Of a DNA stretch of 64,000 nucleotides, positions 58,484 to 64,000 are shown in pieces (the first letter of the stretch is position 1; each line of letters opens with the position of its first letter). The DNA comes from Gammaproteobacteria bacterium (GTDB taxonomy: Bacteria > Pseudomonadota > Gammaproteobacteria > Eutrophobiales > Eutrophobiaceae): contig CAXMWX010000012.1 of the NCBI GenBank assembly GCA_963422205.2, positions 1-64,000 on the forward strand. The letters run 5' to 3'. The position numbers and the translations under genes are program-made. The notes beneath the pieces are model-generated. The model did no database searches. It saw only the letters and a program-made list of their open reading frames with translations, and was not told where the DNA came from.

Positions 58484-58829
58484 AAAAGCCAGTCCCACCA
58501 TGTAAACAAGCACACCACAGCATAATGGTAACCGCCCCGGCTGGCAATAATGGGTTGACGATATATCATCACTACCTGCGGTGCGCCTTAGTCTGGCATC
58601 CCGGCAAGCGAGACTGCCTGCCGATAAAGCCAGGCACCTGGTATTGTCGGCAAACACAGATCTTAAAAATACGCCCCCACGACAACATCGCCCGCACTCG
58701 GCAACTGCCAATCAGCAGCATTGCCTGGCTCGCGCGTCCCTGCACCGCAGCGTACCGCACATCCTGTGCTGTGCATTGCACATAAACATCAGGGGCGGCC
58801 TGGATAGGCCGCCCAATCAACTGCCCCGG

Positions 58830-61283
58830 CTAAATCCCGCCAAAGCTGTAGCTGACATTGGCGCCGTATATCCGCGGGTGCGGTCTTAATCTGAAACCAC
58901 TCAAGCCGAAGTCTTCCTGGGTGCCGGTGTAGTAATCCTCTTCAAAGAGGTTCTCAATGAACAGCGTCACTGACAAACCTTCGCTGTACTCATAACCGGC
59001 GCGCAGGTTGACGACATTATAAGACGGCGCCACATACGGAAAGCCGCTGGGGTTGGCCGGCACAAAGCCCGTGCCAGCGGGCGTGACCCTGCCGCTGGTC
59101 TGTGTATAGGTGGCGCCTTCAATATCCGTGGTCTGCGAATCCCGATAGATGTAGTCGGCGCGGAACCAGGCTTCCCCCAATCCCACGGGCTGGCGGTATT
59201 CCGCCGAGACGGTGGCCGTCCACTCCGGCGAGCGCGGCAAGGTGACGCCTTTCAGATCCACCGGAAAACTGGCCTTGATCTGAACGGTTTGATCACTGGT
59301 GATCTCCGCATCCAGATAGCCCACCGCTGCCGAGAAGCTGAGGCGATCGCTAATGGCCGCCAGCGTCTCCACTTCAAAGCCGTAGGCCCTGGCATCTTCG
59401 ACATTGATCACAAACTCGGCATTGGAGGTCAAATCCCCCGGCGTCAGGAAACGAAATGACTCCAGTTGCAGGTTGTTCCAGTCCAGATAAAAGCCGGCGG
59501 CATTGACGCGCAGGCGGTTATCCAGCCACTCAGATTTGAAGCCCACTTCATAATTCCACAGGGTCTCTTTTTCATAGGGACTGCTCAACAGGCGCCGGTC
59601 TAATGCCGGATCGCTATTACCCCCGGCATTATTTAACGCCGTCCCCCCAGCCTTGTAGCCCTTGGAGATGTTGGCGTAGACGCCGACATCATCCGTGATC
59701 TGATACTGGGCGACAAAGCGCGGGGCAAAGTCGCTGAAATCACGCTCGGCCACGCCACTGGGACGCAGATCCCCGGCATTGGTGGTGACACGCCGGTTGG
59801 AGCGCGTTTGTGTGACCGTCTCATCGGTGTAGCGAAAGCCGAAGGTCAGATCCAGCGCCTCGGTCGCACGCCAGGTGAAGTCAGAGAAAATGGCGAAACC
59901 CTCGGTCTGGTAAATCTTGGTCACGCAGGCCAAGCAGATAGGTGGTGCGCCTACTCTACCGGGGAGACCGATCACAAAAGCCGGTGCCCGATTCATTCCC
60001 GTACCCGTCAACGGCCCGAATACCGGGCCAGTGGCCTGCACGCCATCGATGCGGTTGATGATGTCATCGGCATACAGGCCGCCGATGATCAGATCATAGC
60101 GCTCGGCGCTGATCTCGGTACGTAATTCGGTACTCCAGGAAGTGGCGTCAATTTCATTCTCGCGCAACAGGCCGGTCGAGCCGCCCAGGAGATCGTTATC
60201 AAACAGGCGGCTGTTGGTAGCACCGATGATGCCGGTCACGGATTTCACCACAAACCCATCGGCCAGCTCATGGGCAATATTCAAAACTCCTAAGGTGGTG
60301 GTGTTTTTGTTGTGTTCGTCCAGGTCGCGGCTGGTCTTGTTATAGTTGCCGGTCTGCCAGTTCCCAATCGGTGCGCCATTGATAATATTGGCATCCACCG
60401 GTGCGGTTAAGGGACTGGTGCTATTGTTGTTACAACCAGTCGCCGCCCCGTTACAGCCCAAACCAAAGCTGCTAACCGTATCAATATCCCACACACCGGA
60501 GGGGACGTTCTCATCGGTGCCCTGATCCTCATCGGCGTGCATGATAAGGAAATTCACCTCCGTGGTGTCGCCGAGGGTATAGGCAAAGTTCAGTCGACCG
60601 ACAAAATAATCATGGCCGCTGTTATTGCCGCCCGGGTTGACGTTCTCCACCAGGCCGGTGCTGTCCTCATAATAAGCCACCGCCCTGAACCCAAACCGCT
60701 CCGTCACCGGCACATTCAGCACGGTGGTAACGCCAAACTGCTCGCCCGCGCTCTCGAATGACTCACCGCTGACAGAAATCTTGGCGCCCACCTCATCCGT
60801 GGGTTTACGGGTGGTCAGGTTCAGGGCGCCGCCGACGGCATTGCGACCGAAGTACGTCCCTTGCGGGCCACGCAACACCTCAATCCGCTCAATGTCCTGC
60901 AACTGCGGGTTGGCGACACCCGTCGGCACCGAGGCCACGCTGAAGCCATCAATGTAGACGCCGATGGAGTTGACGAAGCTGTTCTCATCCGTGACATTGT
61001 TGGTGACCCCACGCACCCCTATGCCGAGACCCCGTGAACCAACGGAGAAACCTTCCGTAAACGACACATTCGGCGTTAAGGCCAGATAATCGGCGGCCTC
61101 GTTGACATTGGCCTGCTCCAGGCGCGCACCGGTGAAGGCCGTGACACTGACCGGCACATCTTGTAATGATTGCTCGCGGCGTTGTGCCGTTACAACAATT
61201 TCTTCCAGAGCGATTTGCGGGTAGGCTGGCATGGCCAGGCAGACCGCCAATATACCAAGAATACAACGGGAATAGTTGATCAT
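58830..61283 (-). CDS. TonB-dependent receptor
   Basis: LEEIVVTAQRRE, IERIEVLRGPQGT..GRNA.GG, C-terminal PR.YG..VSYSF. Confidence 0.95.
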   Translation of the reverse strand: MINYSRCILGILAVCLAMPAYPQIALEEIVVTAQRREQSLQDVPVSVTAFTGARLEQANVNEAADYLALTPNVSFTEGFSVGSRGLGIGVRGVTNNVTDENSFVNSIGVYIDGFSVASVPTGVANPQLQDIERIEVLRGPQGTYFGRNAVGGALNLTTRKPTDEVGAKISVSGESFESAGEQFGVTTVLNVPVTERFGFRAVAYYEDSTGLVENVNPGGNNSGHDYFVGRLNFAYTLGDTTEVNFLIMHADEDQGTDENVPSGVWDIDTVSSFGLGCNGAATGCNNNSTSPLTAPVDANIINGAPIGNWQTGNYNKTSRDLDEHNKNTTTLGVLNIAHELADGFVVKSVTGIIGATNSRLFDNDLLGGSTGLLRENEIDATSWSTELRTEISAERYDLIIGGLYADDIINRIDGVQATGPVFGPLTGTGMNRAPAFVIGLPGRVGAPPICLACVTKIYQTEGFAIFSDFTWRATEALDLTFGFRYTDETVTQTRSNRRVTTNAGDLRPSGVAERDFSDFAPRFVAQYQITDDVGVYANISKGYKAGGTALNNAGGNSDPALDRRLLSSPYEKETLWNYEVGFKSEWLDNRLRVNAAGFYLDWNNLQLESFRFLTPGDLTSNAEFVINVEDARAYGFEVETLAAISDRLSFSAAVGYLDAEITSDQTVQIKASFPVDLKGVTLPRSPEWTATVSAEYRQPVGLGEAWFRADYIYRDSQTTDIEGATYTQTSGRVTPAGTGFVPANPSGFPYVAPSYNVVNLRAGYEYSEGLSVTLFIENLFEEDYYTGTQEDFGLSGFRLRPHPRIYGANVSYSFGGI

Positions 61284-61649
61284 TTTTTTATGCCCCTGAA
61301 CCTGAGGTTCATTATGGTGAATTGGAATGTAAGTCCTGACAGGCACTTACAAAATTCGATGGGCGTGATTTAAGGGGAAATCAGCGCCCCTGTCAAGCAG
61401 TTCATGCCCGATGATACCAGGAAGCCATATCCCGCCCAGAGAACAAACCAGTACATTTTCTGTGGTATTTATGCAACTAAGATGGCGTGGGTTAGAATAG
61501 CGGTTGAATCACGCCCGTTAAATAATCAATAGCGTAGAGAAACGAAAGCCAAACATGGTAGTCGGCGCATACGGCGCTTTGTTATTCAGGGTTGGTCATG
61601 TGTTATCATTTCGGGAGAGGTTGGGTAAAAACATACCAGCGACATCGCT

Positions 61650-62006
61650 ATGAAATCAGACCAACAAGAGCAGCAATCTTTTTGGCAAATCTTTGCCTCG
61701 CTCTGGCTCAAGGAACTTCCCGAAGGGAAAGAATTAGGGCTGCTGATGCGATGGTTTATTGCCGCATCTGGAACATTTAGCTTCATAATCGTCTACTCTC
61801 TACTTGATCCTGATATTATTAGCACCCTCTATGTGGTAGATATTGTTATGACACTCTTAATATTATCGATATCTGTCTTCCTTGGATTCATCCTGGCATG
61901 GAAACGTGAAAAGGCAGGGCCGGTTCGCTTGTATATCTGGAGTCGCCCTGCCCTCTCTTGTACTTGTTTTTGTACGCCTCTCCAAAGCCCGCTAATCGGT
62001 AACTGA
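61650..62006 (+). CDS. Hypothetical membrane protein, possibly frameshifted near 61935
   Basis: Two TM segments; an alternative frame continues as hydrophobic SGVALPSLVLVL. Confidence 0.5.
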   Translation: MKSDQQEQQSFWQIFASLWLKELPEGKELGLLMRWFIAASGTFSFIIVYSLLDPDIISTLYVVDIVMTLLILSISVFLGFILAWKREKAGPVRLYIWSRPALSCTCFCTPLQSPLIGN

Positions 62007-62008
62007 CT

Positions 62009-62623
62009 ATGCCATCAAAAAACAGAGGGATTTATATTACTTTCGTGCTCGCTTCCCTGTTCTCTGCGGGTGCGTTTTCCGAATACCCCTTAAATCAAGA
62101 AAGACAGCTGGATTTTGGACAGTTTTCAACCGTGGTTGCTGTAGACGAACTCAACTTCATGGACAAGTTGAAATTAGCCACCATGGAAATTGTAAAAGCA
62201 CCGGCAGCAGAGCGGATCGTATTTTTATATAAATACAGTGCAGAGGATATTAAGAATATTAATTGTTCGGATTATGAACTGGGCAAACTTGGTAAACTCG
62301 GTAGTTACCGCGCTCTGCTCGTTCGCCCCACCCAGAATAACGGCGAGCCTAAATGGCGCGAAGTCTCTTTTGCCAATTCCTGTAACCTGCAAAAAGAACT
62401 GCAAAAAATCATAGACACTCTTTCGGATGAAGCAGGATGGCTTCCCGTGCAAGATAAAAAGCTGGAATCAATAATTAATACCGAAAATGCCACAAAAAAT
62501 AATGCCCCTGATATTGATATTATTCTCACCAAACCACTCTCTTCAGGACATCTCCAGCAATACTTCGCCGAGTGTAAGCCGGGGGAGACGGGCGCAACGC
62601 TTTGCGCCAGGAACAGAAACTAA
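62009..62623 (+). CDS. Hypothetical exported protein
   Basis: Signal peptide; AT-rich. Confidence 0.6.
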   Translation: MPSKNRGIYITFVLASLFSAGAFSEYPLNQERQLDFGQFSTVVAVDELNFMDKLKLATMEIVKAPAAERIVFLYKYSAEDIKNINCSDYELGKLGKLGSYRALLVRPTQNNGEPKWREVSFANSCNLQKELQKIIDTLSDEAGWLPVQDKKLESIINTENATKNNAPDIDIILTKPLSSGHLQQYFAECKPGETGATLCARNRN

Positions 62624-62641
62624 GCAGGAGAGCGTACCGAT

Positions 62642-63060
62642 TTATTTGCTCAGCGCAAACATCTGATCACTACGCTCGCTGCCTCCCCTATCTGCACCAC
62701 CGCATCTTCGACTTTTGCCAGCACGCCAGCAGGCTTTCATACTCCCCGGCCATTTTCCGTTATAAGGTGCGACCCGCTGCGATGAGCGCCACCACAAAGG
62801 CGCCTCGGTCGGTGTCGGTTCACGTTCGCTCAATCCCGCTTCAGACAGGCGCCCGGCAACGCCGGTGACATTGCCTTTGCTCACCATCGCCCAGCGTGAC
62901 AACTCGCCCACCATCAAACCCCCGGTGACCCGTTCCAGGGCAGAGGGCAATTCAAAACGTGGCAGTGCCATCGCAAATTTCTCATCGCAACATGGGGCGT
63001 ATTTCCATGTCCACCGCCTCTGAACACGACATGATATACAACCCTAACCGCCGCCCTTCT
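62642..63060 (-). pseudogene. Degraded MarR-family regulator
   Basis: LPRFEL..LER..GGL.VGELS..MVS.GNVTG...RL core with frameshifts on both sides. Confidence 0.65.
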
Positions 63061-63230
63061 TTACTCTTATCGGAATCTGTTGCACTTTGCTCTTAAACGA
63101 TCTGTCATTGTTTCACCATGCTGCGCCATCCCTGTTGAACGGGGAGCGCTGGTCTCGCCAGGCAAATGGGTTTACACTTAAAATCGTCTTTGCCTAATGA
63201 AATGCAGGGCTTGCCCCTGTCAATCAGACA

Positions 63231-64000
63231 ATGAGAAAAATCATCCCGCATGCACGTGCTGTGGTGGACAGTCTCCAGCCATATCAGCAGGGGAAAAGCG
63301 CGCTTTTGGGCAGCCAGAAGCCAATCAAGCTCTCCAGCAATGAATCGGCCTACGGCCCCAGCCCGAAGGCCATCGCCGCCTATCATGACGCCGCCGCCAG
63401 CCTGTGCCGCTACCCCGATGGATCACAGCGACAATTAAGGCAGGCCATTGCCGAGACGCTTGATCTGGATAGCGAGCGGCTGGTCTGTGGCAATGGCTCA
63501 GAGGAGCTCATCGGGCTGACCATTCGCGCCTATGCAGAGCCTGACGATGCGTTGTTGTTAAGCGCAAATCACTTCATCATGTGTCCGGTCTATGGCAGGT
63601 TGCAGGGCGCCAGCATCGTCCTGGCCGCCGAGCAGAACTTCATGATGGTGGTGGATAACATCCTGGCAAAAATCAGCGATAAAACACGCCTGGTGATCAT
63701 CGCCAACCCGAACAACCCGACCGGCACCTATCTGCCCGCCAGCGAAGTCAGGCGCCTGCATGACAACCTGCCGGGCGATGTGTTGCTGCTGCTCGATGGC
63801 GCTTATGCCGAGTACGTCACGGCCGGGGATTACGATGCTGGCACGGGGCTGGTGGAGCAATATGAGAATGTGATGATCACCCGCACGTTTTCGAAGATAC
63901 ACGCCCTGCCGGCGCTGCGTATCGGCTGGGCCTACTGCCCGCCCGCCGTGGCACAGAATCTCAACAAAATCCGCACACCATTTAACGCCAACACCGCCGC
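63231..64000 (+). CDS. hisC: Histidinol-phosphate aminotransferase (runs off the window)
   Basis: Manual translation: IKLSSNES.YGPSP, GNGSEELI, ANPNNPTG, DGAYAEY, RTFSK...LRIGW. Confidence 0.9.
   Translation, partial: MRKIIPHARAVVDSLQPYQQGKSALLGSQKPIKLSSNESAYGPSPKAIAAYHDAAASLCRYPDGSQRQLRQAIAETLDLDSERLVCGNGSEELIGLTIRAYAEPDDALLLSANHFIMCPVYGRLQGASIVLAAEQNFMMVVDNILAKISDKTRLVIIANPNNPTGTYLPASEVRRLHDNLPGDVLLLLDGAYAEYVTAGDYDAGTGLVEQYENVMITRTFSKIHALPALRIGWAYCPPAVAQNLNKIRTPFNANTA

Overview
Bases 1 to ~31615 are the right-hand ~32 kb of a Mu-like transposable prophage with a P2-type contractile tail. Its layout is unusual. The capsid and tail genes run leftward (1-11.5 kb). A central block holds AT-rich cargo (trypsin-like protease, TIR protein, Cys-rich protein, thermonuclease) and a repressor with two S24 domains. 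The early genes (MuA, MuB, Gam, GemA, Mor) and the lysis, terminase, portal and MuF genes run rightward to the phage end, which appears to interrupt a host gene next to cysB. Non-coding features read directly from the sequence: an initiator-like tRNA(CAU) inside the capsid operon, a ~125-nt structured RNA with its own promoter convergent with the C-terminally extended MuF gene (the best candidate for an undescribed system), a family of heptamer-repeat hairpins, three matching late-promoter palindromes, a four-site operator array, and a probable central gyrase site. Four single-base frameshifts affect phage genes. Bases 31.8-64 kb are gammaproteobacterial-type chromosome: cysB, tauE, tesB, ETF-QO, a TonB2-type operon, abgT, a pilW-like gene, a catabolic cluster (TPP enzyme, nitrilase, FAD oxidoreductase, ManD/RspA, KdgK, transporters, TonB-dependent receptor), a MarR pseudogene and a partial hisC. 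Product calls come from motif recognition only; no database searches were run.
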